A stretch of 64,000 nucleotides of DNA, from positions 9,362,001-9,426,000 of the forward strand of contig CM022679.1 of NCBI GenBank assembly GCA_012295275.1, in the 5' to 3' direction. The notes below the pieces were generated by a model. The model saw only the letters and a list, made by a program, of their open reading frames with translations. It was not told where the DNA came from and searched no databases. A program made the position numbers and the translations under genes. Positions 50,601 through 61,969 of this stretch are shown one piece after another. Numbering within the stretch: the first letter of the stretch is position 1; the number at the start of each line of letters is the position of its first letter. This stretch comes from Chrysomallon squamiferum (lineage: Eukaryota > Animalia > Mollusca).

Positions 50601-53600
50601 TTTGACTTCACATCAAGAATCGTGGACTTCATAACCATCACCCGCGCACAGGAGAACAGCCAGACAGACGGAAGACCTGGTGAATATTTCTCATAATATC
50701 TTGTATAGCAACAGTTGTGTAGTATCTGTTTACTGTTTGAATAAAAAATATTTTTTAAAAATTTTAAAAATCCACAAAAAACCCCAAAACTTATGTCTTG
50801 GGTACTGTAACTGTTAGAAAACTCTGTATATACTATTTTCAAATCCAAGAATATATACCCCAAATCAGAGAAAAGATAATCATAGTCATAATAATCAGAT
50901 ATATTGGAAATAAATTTTGTGTAGGAATTTACAGTAATTGTTCTGAATACAAAAAGTAATTATTTATCATGATTCCATTTTAATTTATACTTAAAATAGG
51001 CTAGCAGATAATTCAAGATAATTATTAACAATTGGTTTTCAGTTTTAGATAAACATTCAACTTCATTCACTAGTTAGTGCCTAGATAAAGCAAATCGTTT
51101 TCATCTTTCAAAATGTGGTATTTAGAGTCATAATGATACATTACCTGATGCTTTATATATACATATTTTTTTAAAATGAAACTGAACCCATATAACTGAC
51201 ATTATGTTAAATATCATTAACTGATCCTTTAGTACTTTATAAAACATTACACAGTTATCAGTCTTTTTCTCTTGTACACAGTATAAACTAACTGTTTCAG
51301 AATATGACGAGCCCCACACCCTGATAGCTCTGATGGAGGAAGAGCTTGTTGTCATCGACCTGGACACCAACAACTGGCCTGTCATTCGCTTGCCGTACCT
51401 CAACAGTATTCACTCATCGGCCATCACGTGTTCACACCACGTCTGCAACGTACCAGATCAGCTGTGGCAGAAAATCATGGATGCCGGGGCTGGGCAGAAC
51501 AAGAATTATTCACCAAGGGTGAGATAAAAGAGTATTTTGCTTTTAAGATTAAGATGTCCCCATGAATAAGTTGTTGCATTTATTACCTATAGTGAATTTC
51601 TGTTACAGAATATCAATTGATTTGTTTTATTTTTTGAATTGAATCAACAGCACTGTGTTCATGTAGACCTGTTTTAGGTGTTAGACCAGTTGGATAGATT
51701 TTTAATAATGTGGATATTTTTGTATGTCAGTTTTCTGCATTGTTGATCCAGATCATACCATCCTTAACGCCAATGAACAGGTGCTTGTGGAGCAGGGAAA
51801 TAATGTTTTTCACTTCGTGGAGATTGTGTTTTTCTGTAACATTCTAAATATTTTATTTTCAGGAATGGCCAATTAATGGTGGGAAGTGTTTATCAAAAGA
51901 TCCATCCAGCAAAGATCTACTGCTGACAGGGTAAGAACACCTACACACATACTTTTTATTATGTCTCATAGTGTACAAAGATAATTATTATTTTTGTAAA
52001 CTAGTCCAGTTCCATTGATGATTCAAAATGATCTAATGATAAATTAAAGCTTGTGTGGATATATGAAAATGTCCAGATTTCATTTAGAAGTAACCTCAGA
52101 TATGAGAATATTTTTGCATGATTTCAATAATATTAACCTGGAAGATTGGTCATTTTTGTTTTAAAAATCTTAGCTGTGAAGATGGCTCCAGTAAGATTGT
52201 TGTTTTAATATTTTAAGTCCCCCTGTCCCCACAAAGGGCAGTAAGCCTGTTTATAAAAATGGTAGCCATTAACACAGAGCTGTATTGTTTTAGTTAATTA
52301 TTTGTAATAATTTTAGTTCACAAACACGGGTCAGTAAACATTTTTTAAATGATTGTAGCCATGAAGATGGGTCAATAAGGTTCTGGAATGCATCCGGCAT
52401 TGATCTGAAGTTGATATACCGACTGTCCACAAGCAAGTTGTTTGGAGAACAAAGTCACATGGATTTAAACTCTGGTGAAGAAGATGAATGGCCACCCTTC
52501 AGACAGGTATTTTAAAGTCTTATCACTGAAATAAAACTGATATAGAACTGGTATTGCCTATTCTGAAACAAAACCAATATTACCTATTCAGAATCAAAAC
52601 CAGTATTATCTATTCTGAAAAAACCCTGTATTTGCCTAATCTGAAATAAAACCAGTATTTGTCTATTCTGAAATAAAACCTGCATTATCTATTTTCAAAT
52701 AAAACGTATTATCTATTCTGAAATAAAACCAGTAATACCTATTCTGGAATAAAAGTGTTAACCTATCCTAAAAAAAAATGTAGATCAAGTTGTAATAAAT
52801 CTTTTTTAATTATTTGATAATCTGATGACATCCTGATACTCAGCTTGCTGTCATTTAGCCAGTCTTAGTCTACAAGAATAAAACCTTTAATTTTTTTCTA
52901 TTTGGCTGTCATTTCAGGTTGGTACGTTTGACCCATACAGCGATGATCCAAGGCTGGGAATTCAGAAAATAGTCCTGTGTCCACTGAGTGAGGTTCTGGT
53001 TGTCGCGGGAACAGCTGGACAGGTCATCATCTATCAGATGGAGCGCGAGGAGAGGGAACAAGAGGTGAAGGCTGTCACAGTGAACATTGTCAACGACCGC
53101 GACAGCTTCGTTTGGAAAGGACATGAAGCTTTGCCGCCAAGGACTGGTGATATTAAATTCGATGCTGGTTACCAGGCAACATGTATGATGCAGTTGTACC
53201 CACCAGCTGCTTGTACAGCCATGACAATACATTCAGAATGGCAGCTGTAAGAATTTTATTTTATTTTTTTATTTTTTTTATCTAGTTTATATCAAAACAG
53301 TTTTACAGTCTAATTTGGAAAAGAAAATTTTCATAAAATATTACTGAAATGTAATAACCATTAACTTTCATTTTAATAATCTGTAACTAGATATATTTGA
53401 ATTATGTTTGAAATTACATTACTGGATGCAATGCATTGTTTGTTTCATACGTTTTTATCTTGAGACAAACAAAAATTAAGTATCTACTCGTAGAACATCA
53501 GATGTTTTATTGTGTGATTTTAAACACATTGTAGTACATTGTAGTATAGCCATTGAAGTTGTGCTCCTTATATCTGCTTACTTAGAACATTGTTTTAAAA

Positions 53601-54216
53601 TACTGTTGTACATTGTAGTGTGGCTGCTGGTACAGCTCATGGCTTTGGCCTCTTTGACTATGTTCAGAAAAAAGAAGTAGCAACACAGTGTACGTTAAAT
53701 CCCACAGGTAAGGAAGTAACATTCTTATTATAGAAAATATCATTTAAAAAAAAAAAAAAACACAAAAAAACCAGTAACCAATAAATTTCTATACCTTATC
53801 TCTTCAAAAGAAATTTTATAGCTTAGTTTTTCTTTATAAAATTTATATGGCTTTCTTTATTTTGGTTTTCATAATTATTATTGTGTAAAGACTGCTTTCC
53901 AATGGATCTTTAACTCAAAAATATGCCACAATTAAATAATGTATTCATGATACTTTCTTAATAAACACACTCATGCCTGTTCTTTATATTTAATTAATTA
54001 CTGATTTTTCACAGATTTGTCTGGGCAATTCTGAGACTCCAATGTCCAGACGTAAATCTTTAAAAAAATCTCTGCGAGAATCATTCAGACGTCTGAGGAG
54101 ACGCAGATCACACATAAAACAGAGAGACGAAAAAGCCAAGGAAAAAACGTAACTACTGACACTTTTACTGTACCATTGTTATTCCTTTTCTTTCTTTCTT
54201 TTGTTTCTCTTTTTTC

Positions 54217-54253
<37 letters not shown>

Positions 54254-57200
54254 TTTAAATTAAATTATTTATTAAAATAATTAATAAAAAAAAAACTTTT
54301 GTTTTTTTAGTTGAACAAAATTCTAATTTAGCCCCCAAAAAAAGATAGATAAAAGAGATTTGTTAGCATGGAAATCATTAATATTATCAAAAAAATTCAT
54401 AGTTAAGAATACATATTAATAAGAATGCTTTAAATTTTTCCAAAATGGTTCACAGACTTGTTGAAAATTCAGTAGATTGCCTGTATATATTTTAAACAGT
54501 GTTTATTACAGCTTATTTATTTATTTTTTGATAATTAATCCCATAATCAAAAACTATTTTTCTGCATTTTTATCAATAGATTATTTTTAACTATAATTAT
54601 TTTATCAATATATTTTCTTCATAGAGAGAATCACAGCATGCAGAGCAGAGAGTAACCGAGGGAGCTGAAGGGGGTGCTGTAGAAACTAGGCCAGTAGAAA
54701 GGGCAGTGGAAGCAAGAGGGGCTGACGATTCCATGGCATCAATGGTTAGATGTCTGTATTTTGCAGATACGTTTATTGTTCAAGGTAAATATTTTTTGGT
54801 TCATGTTGCTGTGCTAAGACAATCAAATTGAGTAACATTCTGATTATCTGAGTAATAAGAATCAATGGATAATTCAGAAATTTCAGATGTGAAATGATAG
54901 AAACAAATGGATAAACCAGAATGGTACTCAACCCAAATAATTTCATTTACCATTGCCTTCTATTATCTGTCCTTACTATCTTTGGTAGGATGAATCAGAA
55001 TTATGAAATTAAATTTTATATATTGTTCCTCATAAAGAGATTAAAATTATTTTCCAGGTGGTTCACACAATCCATCTTTGTGGGCTGGTACAAATGGAGG
55101 CCATATTTACATCCACAATTTAACGGTGCCATCAGATAATCGTTCCACACAGGAGGTTACCTGCACTCTAGCCAAAGAAATCAAGCTGAAACACAGGGCC
55201 CCAGTCATTGGTTTAGCAGTGACTGACGCAAGGGCCAAGGTTCTGCCTGAATCTCTTGAAGTGCAGCACGAACGGGCAAAAGCTCCAGACATGAGTGGAC
55301 CACATCATGTGATAATCATTTCTGAAGAACAGCTGAAGGTATTTTGTTTTCTTCTGTTCACTAATAAGAGACTTGGTGTGTGTGGTGTATATATGCTTGT
55401 ATATGTGCTTATGTGTGCATGAATCTGTTTCTGTATTAATTGAAAATGGGAATTTGTGTTTATCACGTTCATGATAAATCCAAATGAAACAGTCATACAG
55501 TTTGGATTTTATTCCATTCTCAGTGTAGTAATGTAGATTTATAATTAATATTCTGAATTTATGAAAGTTTTTGTTTTTTTCTATCTCCAGTCATTCACAC
55601 TTCCCAGCTTGAAGCCAAGATGGAAATTCAAACTGACAGCTTTTGATGGTTCCAGAATCCGCAAAGTGGCCTTCGTCAATTTCAGAAGTAAAAGTGGTAT
55701 GCTTGTATTAAAAATCTAGATATCTTTTCTTTACTTCAACCATCATTGGTTACAGACTGTTCTAACTTTTCACTTGTAATTGTTACAATCATTCCTAATT
55801 GGTTATTAAAGAATGCAGCTATTTTTTCAAAAGAAATACTAATTTTATTTAAGAACACTTGTTGAAATTAATAACCAAATAAACTATATAACTTGATAAC
55901 ATATGTATATTGATGCATAAAAATTCATCCACATACTCTTGTAACTTGTGGTTTGTTATCTTTGAAAGAGGAGATCTTAAAAAGTAAACATTTGCCATAA
56001 ACCAGTATATTTTAGGATGCTTGGAGATAATGAAACAATATATTGTTATCAAAACACTATGCAAAGCAACATTTATGAATACATTTACGAGTGTTGCAGT
56101 TTTTGTTCTGTGTTAAGCATCATTAATTTTAAAAATCATATATTTTTATTTCTATCAAATTGTTTTTTTTGTTTTATCACCAGCTGACAACTACAGTGAA
56201 TTTGACATCACCTGTCTAACTAATCTCGGAGATATTAGTGTTTACGCAGTCACATCACTAAGGCAGCAGATGGTTGTTTCAGCCATACGCAAAGATGATA
56301 TCAAGTATGTTGACTTTTTTAACACAATTTTTAGCATGTCTGTTTCTGTTTTGAGAGAACAAATTCAGATATATTTGTCCGAAATGATTGAGACTGGAAT
56401 ATTTTGGATTTTGATAAAAGCAGAGTATAGGATCTAAGGCCTAACATGAATTCCATTTATATTTCATATACAACATAAACAAATAATCTGCAGGATTTTT
56501 TATATAACATTTTAAATAATTTTATGTATAAAATAAAGTTAATATATGCAAAACAATCCGATATCACTATTTCTTGCAGCTTGGAAAAATTATTGAATTT
56601 TAGAACTTTAAGGATTTCGGATATTTCAGATAAGCAATCATGAAACTGATACCAAATAATGAAAAATTTCTTTGATCATTATTTCACACATTTTATAACT
56701 TCATTTTTTTAAAAATATCTTTCTTCATGTTTTATAGAAATTTCATTAATATATATATTTACAGGTATCAGCTTATCAGTTCATTTTTTGTTATTTTGTT
56801 ATTATTTTTTTTTTTCCAACAGTGGCATTTCATCCTTCATCTTCACACGAGATGGGCAGGGCTTTTATCTTCATTCACCGTCAGAGTTTTCTCGAGTGTC
56901 CCTGAGTCCGCGCCACGCTGTTACACCTGTGTGCATCGTCGAACTGAAGGAGGGCATGCGACCACAGGAGCCAGAACACGTAGATGAGATAACCGAGTAT
57001 GTTCATTTATTCCCACAATGCCTGGCATTTCCTTTTAAATCCTGGCATTTTCTGATTAGTATTATGTGTAAAACTTTACCTTCTCTTTTTACTGTAATAT
57101 ACTTTATTATTAGTATAATTTTCAGTGATCAGTGGTAATCTTTGTTTAGATTTTTGTAAGTCAGTTTACACTAATAGTTTTACCAAAAATAAAATTTCGA

Positions 57201-58392
57201 TCATTAATATTAATGTATTGAGATACCATTAAACATTCATTTAGTTAATATTATTGTTATTGTTATTATTGCTGTTAATGTTTTTATTGTTGTTACTATT
57301 ATTGTTATTACTATAATTTTATTATTATTATTCTTAGTCTTGTTGTTATTTTTTGTATTACCATTATAATATCATTATTATTATTATTGTTGTTATTATT
57401 GTTATTATTATTACTGTTATTGTTACTGTTATTGTTACTGTTGTTATTTTCAGACACAATGAGAGTATTGATATACGATATGGTACGTTAGATATCACAC
57501 AGGGTTTATCCGACAGTCAGCTGAATGAATCTAGGGCAGACACTACAGGAGATATCACAGTGGACAGTGTTGTTGTGTAAATATGCTGCATCTTTAATTT
57601 TTAGTCGTTCCTTTACCTGTATATTCTCATTTTCATTAATTTTGGCGGAACATATATAAATATAAAATAAAACTACTGTCATGTCATTATCAAGTAAAAT
57701 CAGATATGTAATTTTTCATAAAATATCTCTATAATATACACTGGTCAGTTGGCATTGGCCTCTTCTACATTAATTTTTTTTAAATTAAATAGCAAACTTT
57801 ACAAAGTTAATTTTAATTGAATATCAGATATACTGTACTCAGGCAAAACTAATTAGTCATTCTGATAGAAATTTACTATTTTAATCATCAATATACATTG
57901 GAGATAAGCCTTGGTGAGATTAAGTGTACAAAACTGTTTTGGTCTAATTTTTGTTTTATTTCATTACAAACAGCACTGTGACAGAAGCACCACAAACAAC
58001 AACCACACCGAATGTGACAATATCTGTTGAGTCACCGTCAACACCAGAGACATCTCCCCAGCTGGAAACACCAGGCATCACAGCAGGTACAGCTCTCTTC
58101 AAATCAGCTGGCACTTTCATACTCAGTTTCTTTTACAAATGTTTCCATTTTTTTGCTACAAGTTGCATAATAAGTTGCATAATCTTTCACTCCCATCCAC
58201 TGAGTAGAATTATTCATTATTTGTTGTCTAAAAGTTAGTAAGTTCTCATGCATAAAAAAAAGTTGTGGTATTAGTGTAATTTAACTCTGCAGTATGTCAT
58301 TTCTTCTTTCGCCTGTTCTTCATACATACATACATACATACATATATTATATCCATATATAGACTACAACCTTATATATAGAAGACTGTATC

Positions 58393-58439
<47 letters not shown>

Positions 58440-61100
58440 ATATAATCTTCTTTATTGTTATGTAGGTGTTTACTTGAAAACATGCATTTAATAACTGTTT
58501 TTGTTTCTCTGTCTATAATGGCCTATCCTTTGTACATACATGCATACAGGCTTGCTCTTCTGATCACAATATATAGGTTTTCATCTTGTAAACATGAATT
58601 TTGTAATACTTTTACCCACATATATACGCATACATACATACATACATACATTCATACATACATACATACATACATTCTTGCTTACATACTTGCTTAAATT
58701 GTTATAATCTTTTGACTCACTGCAGGGTTTTTTTTATCTTGAAAACACTGATTTAGTAACAATTTTATTTCCTTCTGTAATATCCTAAGCTGCATACATA
58801 CATACATACATACATACATACATACATACATACATACATGGTTACACACTTCTGTACCTCTGTAAAGGCTTTTTGTCTAGAAAATGTGGATTTAGTAAAT
58901 GCAGTCTACATGTTCTGTTTCCCTGTGTAATGTGCTTTTTCCCTTCAGCTTCCAGAAACAATGTCGACGATGATACTAAAGCAACAACAGTTATTAAAAG
59001 TACTAAGGTGAGAAAAGGCCAGTCATTTTCTATTCTATTTGACATCCCTATTAACAACATAAAACGATACTTTCTGCTAGCCAAAACACCACTGATAACC
59101 TTGTCACATGATCAACTGCATGGAAACAGAAAACCCTCCATTCAGAAAACTCACTTTAAATTTAGATTGCAATAGCTTTCTTATTTTTGCATCTTTTTTT
59201 TTTTTTTACTTTTTCTGAGTTCTGTTCTGTAATTTACTGTAATGTCAGTAGATACATAGAAAAAAACTGTTGATTTTAAAAATGAATATTATTTTTATCA
59301 CTGGTTATGAAAACATTTGTCTAGCTGTTTAGAATAGTTTTACACACTTATAGTAACAGAAGTTAAAAAGTAAAAGAACAGTTCAGATTTTTAGAAATAA
59401 ATACATAATTGTTATATTGCTTCCTGTTTTTATAAATACTGAGGTGTCTGAATAAAGATATTGAAAAATTATTTTCCAGTAAAATATTCATGTTAATTTT
59501 GAAATGGTATCAGAATAAAACAATTTCTATATCTAAAACCAGAATTAAACTGCAGCATTTAGTGTGATTAATTTATATCCAAAAGGTAAAATAAATGAAT
59601 AAAAAAATAAAGGTTGTAAAATGTTTTTTTTAACTGCACATATTAATTTCATTTAATGTCCTTCCTATGCCATTTAAGTATATTGCACATTGATTTTTAT
59701 TTATTTTTTCTCAGTTTTTGCTTATTTTTTGTTTGTTTTTATATTCATTTACATTGTTCAATCTGAGGGATGTCAGTAGAAGGAAAATGATTTACCTGGA
59801 CACCTTGGTTAACAGAAACATTAAAAATAATAATAATAAAAAAAAAAAAATTAAAAACAATTATCCTTGAAAACATTTTCTAAAAACAACAGAAATATTT
59901 GTATAAAAAATAAAATAAAATTAAATTTCATTTTCAGTGCTTTGGAGACTTTTTATAGTTAACAGTAAAACTGTATTCATTTCACAATCTGTTCTTGTTT
60001 TTGTATTTATAAAATAGAAAAAAAAAACTAATTTTTGTTACTTGAAGCTGTTTGTTTTTCCAGTACATTATAAAAGTAAAATCTGCATCCCTGGAATGAT
60101 ACAAAATAATTATAAAAACATTTATTATGAAAGACAGATAATACATTTTTTTTTTATATTAACCAGCCTTGTATTAATGATGATATATATCAGTGATAGA
60201 ATTATTTTGAACATACATCTGTGTCATTTACCATGCTAAGGAAGGAAAGTGTTTATAATGTTGCAAACTGGGATATATCACCCAGATCAGTGACACTGAA
60301 AAAAATCTCGTTATTTCCTTTCTAACAATAGTGCATACTGATTTTACAATTTCCCAGCTAGTATTAATCTGATGATTAAATAGACATGCTAAATATTGAA
60401 TCCAAATAGAGTAAGTACATTTATGACAATTCAACCTAAACAATTAACCTGCTAATTTATATAATTAATGTAGATATGTTGATGTAAATGATTGTCAGAA
60501 TAAAATAATTGCAACATATAATGTTAATGTATAGATATAATATGTGACTCATGTTGTGCAATTCTTGACTAGCAGAAAAGTAACGAGGGCAGGATGGGAG
60601 AAAAAGCATGACTACAAGATGTTTTATTCATTAAGATACAAAGGAAATGTCTGTGCAACAATCTTTTTACTAACCTTGAATAAACCTGAATACATGTTTA
60701 TTCCATCCATTCTTTACACAAAACCTTATCAATTCTGAAAATAACATTATTTGCTTAAAAAGTTTAAAATCCTTATTTATTTATTCTGAATATCTTGAAG
60801 AGGGTTACTTCTTTTCCTTTTTAGTGGTGGGATTAACTTTTTTTTTTTTTTCAATTTTTTCAATTCATTTATGTAATCAATCACTGTAAAAAAAAATAAA
60901 TTAAAAAATATAACCTTTAAAATGATTATCCTTGTTATTTTCTAAAATTTCAGAAGCCTGAAGTTGAGAAGAATGAGGAAGATGAGATAAAACAAGAAAA
61001 GGGCAAATGTGTAATGGAAGGAGATTCAGTAGACCCGGTCATTTTGAAACAGCAGTTAACACAGCACACTGTAGTGGCCAGTATTAATGGTGAAGCTTGA
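41090..61100 (+). CDS. LLGL1: Lethal(2) giant larvae homolog (Lgl/LLGL), WD40 polarity protein, about 1099 aa
   Basis: 25 coding exons: 41090-41173, 42665-42762, 46433-46514, 46883-46992, 47464-47610, 47915-47987, 49359-49442, 49705-49831, 50266-50317, 50507-50679, 51301-51518, 51863-51930, 52359-52506, 52918-53246, 53619-53707, 54015-54148, 54625-54784, 55058-55338, 55591-55696, 56184-56304, 56823-56996, 57454-57576, 57974-58086, 58949-59007, 60954-61100. Motifs: [66 protein letters not shown], aPKC site [26 protein letters not shown]. No C-terminal R-SNARE, so not tomosyn. Probably a co-ortholog of LLGL1/LLGL2. Confidence 0.93.
42665..42762 (+). CDS. Lgl coding exon 2 ([17 protein letters not shown]...GTKSGVVK)
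   Basis: tttcag acceptor; U12-type donor gtatccttt. Confidence 0.92.
42763..46432 (+). other. U12-type (minor spliceosome) GT-AG intron in Lgl
   Basis: 5' site GTATCCTTT at 42763; branch site TTCCTTGAC at 46415-46423; AG at 46431-46432 with no polypyrimidine tract; joins the frame as [12 protein letters not shown]. Confidence 0.92.
46433..46514 (+). CDS. Lgl coding exon 3 ([12 protein letters not shown]...FFLSEQ)
   Basis: U12 acceptor; CAG|gtaaga donor. Confidence 0.9.
46883..46992 (+). CDS. Lgl coding exon 4 ([17 protein letters not shown]...)
   Basis: GT-AG, phase 0-2. Confidence 0.9.
47464..47610 (+). CDS. Lgl coding exon 5 (...[11 protein letters not shown]...YQDVVMQ)
   Basis: GT-AG, phase 2-2. 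Confidence 0.9.
47915..47987 (+). CDS. Lgl coding exon 6 ([24 protein letters not shown])
   Basis: GT-AG, phase 2-0. Confidence 0.9.
49359..49442 (+). CDS. Lgl coding exon 7 ([14 protein letters not shown]...)
   Basis: GT-AG, phase 0-0. Confidence 0.9.
49705..49831 (+). CDS. Lgl coding exon 8 ([11 protein letters not shown]...SAHADGSY...TTPY)
   Basis: gcagcag NAGNAG acceptor, G|gtaagt donor. Confidence 0.9.
50266..50317 (+). CDS. Lgl coding exon 9 ([17 protein letters not shown])
   Basis: GT-AG, phase 1-2. Confidence 0.9.
50507..50679 (+). CDS. Lgl coding exon 10 ([19 protein letters not shown]...[10 protein letters not shown])
   Basis: GT-AG, phase 2-1. Confidence 0.92.
51301..51518 (+). 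CDS. Lgl coding exon 11 ([20 protein letters not shown]...YSPR)
   Basis: GT-AG, phase 1-0. Confidence 0.92.
51863..51930 (+). CDS. Lgl coding exon 12 (EWPINGG...DLLLT)
   Basis: GT-AG, phase 0-2. Confidence 0.92.
52359..52506 (+). CDS. Lgl coding exon 13 ([13 protein letters not shown]...[10 protein letters not shown])
   Basis: GT-AG, phase 2-0. Confidence 0.92.
52525..52770. repeat. Degenerate minisatellite, about 25-27 bp unit, about 9 copies
   Basis: Recurring TATTCTGAAATAAAACCAGTATT. Confidence 0.85.
52918..53246 (+). CDS. Lgl coding exon 14 ([18 protein letters not shown]...HSEWQ)
   Basis: GT-AG, phase 0-2. Confidence 0.93.
53619..53707 (+). CDS. Lgl coding exon 15 ([14 protein letters not shown]...CTLNPT)
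   Basis: GT-AG, phase 2-1. Confidence 0.9.
54015..54148 (+). CDS. Lgl coding exon 16, aPKC phosphorylation/polybasic segment; frame conflicts as assembled
   Basis: Encodes [26 protein letters not shown]; the conserved frame is offset by one base from both canonical junctions. Confidence 0.85.
54625..54784 (+). CDS. Lgl coding exon 17 (...[32 protein letters not shown])
   Basis: ttcatag acceptor, AG|gtaaat donor. Confidence 0.9.
55058..55338 (+). CDS. Lgl coding exon 18 ([10 protein letters not shown]...[12 protein letters not shown]...SEEQLK)
   Basis: GT-AG, phase 1-0. Confidence 0.93.
55591..55696 (+). CDS. Lgl coding exon 19 ([26 protein letters not shown]...)
   Basis: GT-AG, phase 0-1. 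Confidence 0.92.
56184..56304 (+). CDS. Lgl coding exon 20 ([16 protein letters not shown]...IRKDDI)
   Basis: GT-AG, phase 1-2. Confidence 0.92.
56823..56996 (+). CDS. Lgl coding exon 21 ([22 protein letters not shown]...)
   Basis: GT-AG, phase 2-2. Confidence 0.92.
57454..57576 (+). CDS. Lgl coding exon 22 ([10 protein letters not shown]...[12 protein letters not shown])
   Basis: ttttcag acceptor, GT|gtaaat donor, phase 2-2. Confidence 0.75.
57974..58086 (+). CDS. Lgl coding exon 23 (T/P/S-rich [14 protein letters not shown]...)
   Basis: aaacag acceptor, CAG|gtacag donor, phase 2-1. Confidence 0.65.
58949..59007 (+). CDS. Lgl coding exon 24 ([20 protein letters not shown])
   Basis: cccttcag acceptor, AAG|gtgaga donor, phase 1-0. 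Confidence 0.65.
60954..61100 (+). CDS. Lgl last coding exon ([16 protein letters not shown]...ASINGEA*)
   Basis: tttcag acceptor, phase 0, TGA at 61098-61100, followed by AT-rich UTR-like sequence. Confidence 0.7.
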   Translation, partial: KPEVEKNEEDEIKQEKGKCVMEGDSVDPVILKQQLTQHTVVASINGEA

Positions 61101-61110
61101 AGGGGATGCC

Positions 61111-61141
<31 letters not shown>

Positions 61142-61936
61142 TTCTTGGTTCATACATTATTTTGGTTCAAGGACAATTCTGTTTATCCACTGGAAAACGG
61201 AAATTCTTGTGTGATGTTCAGTTGTATTCCATGACTGTTGTGATTTTACAGTAGTTTTTATGGTACCAAAAAACCAAAAAAAAACCCCAAAATAAAAACC
61301 TTATCTTTTAAAAAACAATTGCAAAAAATAAAAAATATTGGAACATTCACACCATTTTATTTTCTTAAATCAGTGAGAGGAGCTATTTGAAATTAATGTT
61401 AGACGGTAGTGAGGTAAGGCTTGCGTACCTTTATAGATGCCGCTTTTTAGCAAGTAGAAACTTGTTTTGAAGGAACATAGGAAGGTAATGATGTATTTAG
61501 TAATCATTTTCCATGTTATCGTTTAGCTGTAATGTTTTAATCCATTTTTAGTATTGTACTTTTGTTGTAATAGCAGCTTTGTTTTGGTTTCTTCTAATAT
61601 CAGAATGAGTGGAAGAATGTGTTTCATAACATAAGCTTTTTAACCGTTTTCTTGTTTTAACAAAAAAAGTAAGTAAAGATATAAATTCCAGTTTAAAAAA
61701 ACAAAAACATTTTTAATAAGAAGAGCAAAATGTGCAAAAGAACAATTCAGAAGTAATAAAAATTTAATTTGGAATGGGTTTTTTTTTTTAATATTTAATG
61801 TTGTTTATCTTTTTTGTAGATAATTATTTTGAAACTCTTTTAATTTTAAATTTTTTAAAAACATGTTTATTTAGAAATGTGAAAAAGTAGCAGTAGGTTT
61901 TTAATTAGAACTTAGATTCATTCAAAACAATGTTTT

Positions 61937-61969
<33 letters not shown>

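Noticed and set aside
56360-56650. Possible old MITE remnant (TCCGAAAT...ATTTCGGATATTTCAGATAAG) in an Lgl intron
   Set aside because: No clear TIR pair or target duplication could be delimited by eye.
41090-61100. Tomosyn (STXBP5) as an alternative identity
   Set aside because: The Lgl-type aPKC motif [13 protein letters not shown] is present and no R-SNARE exon was found.
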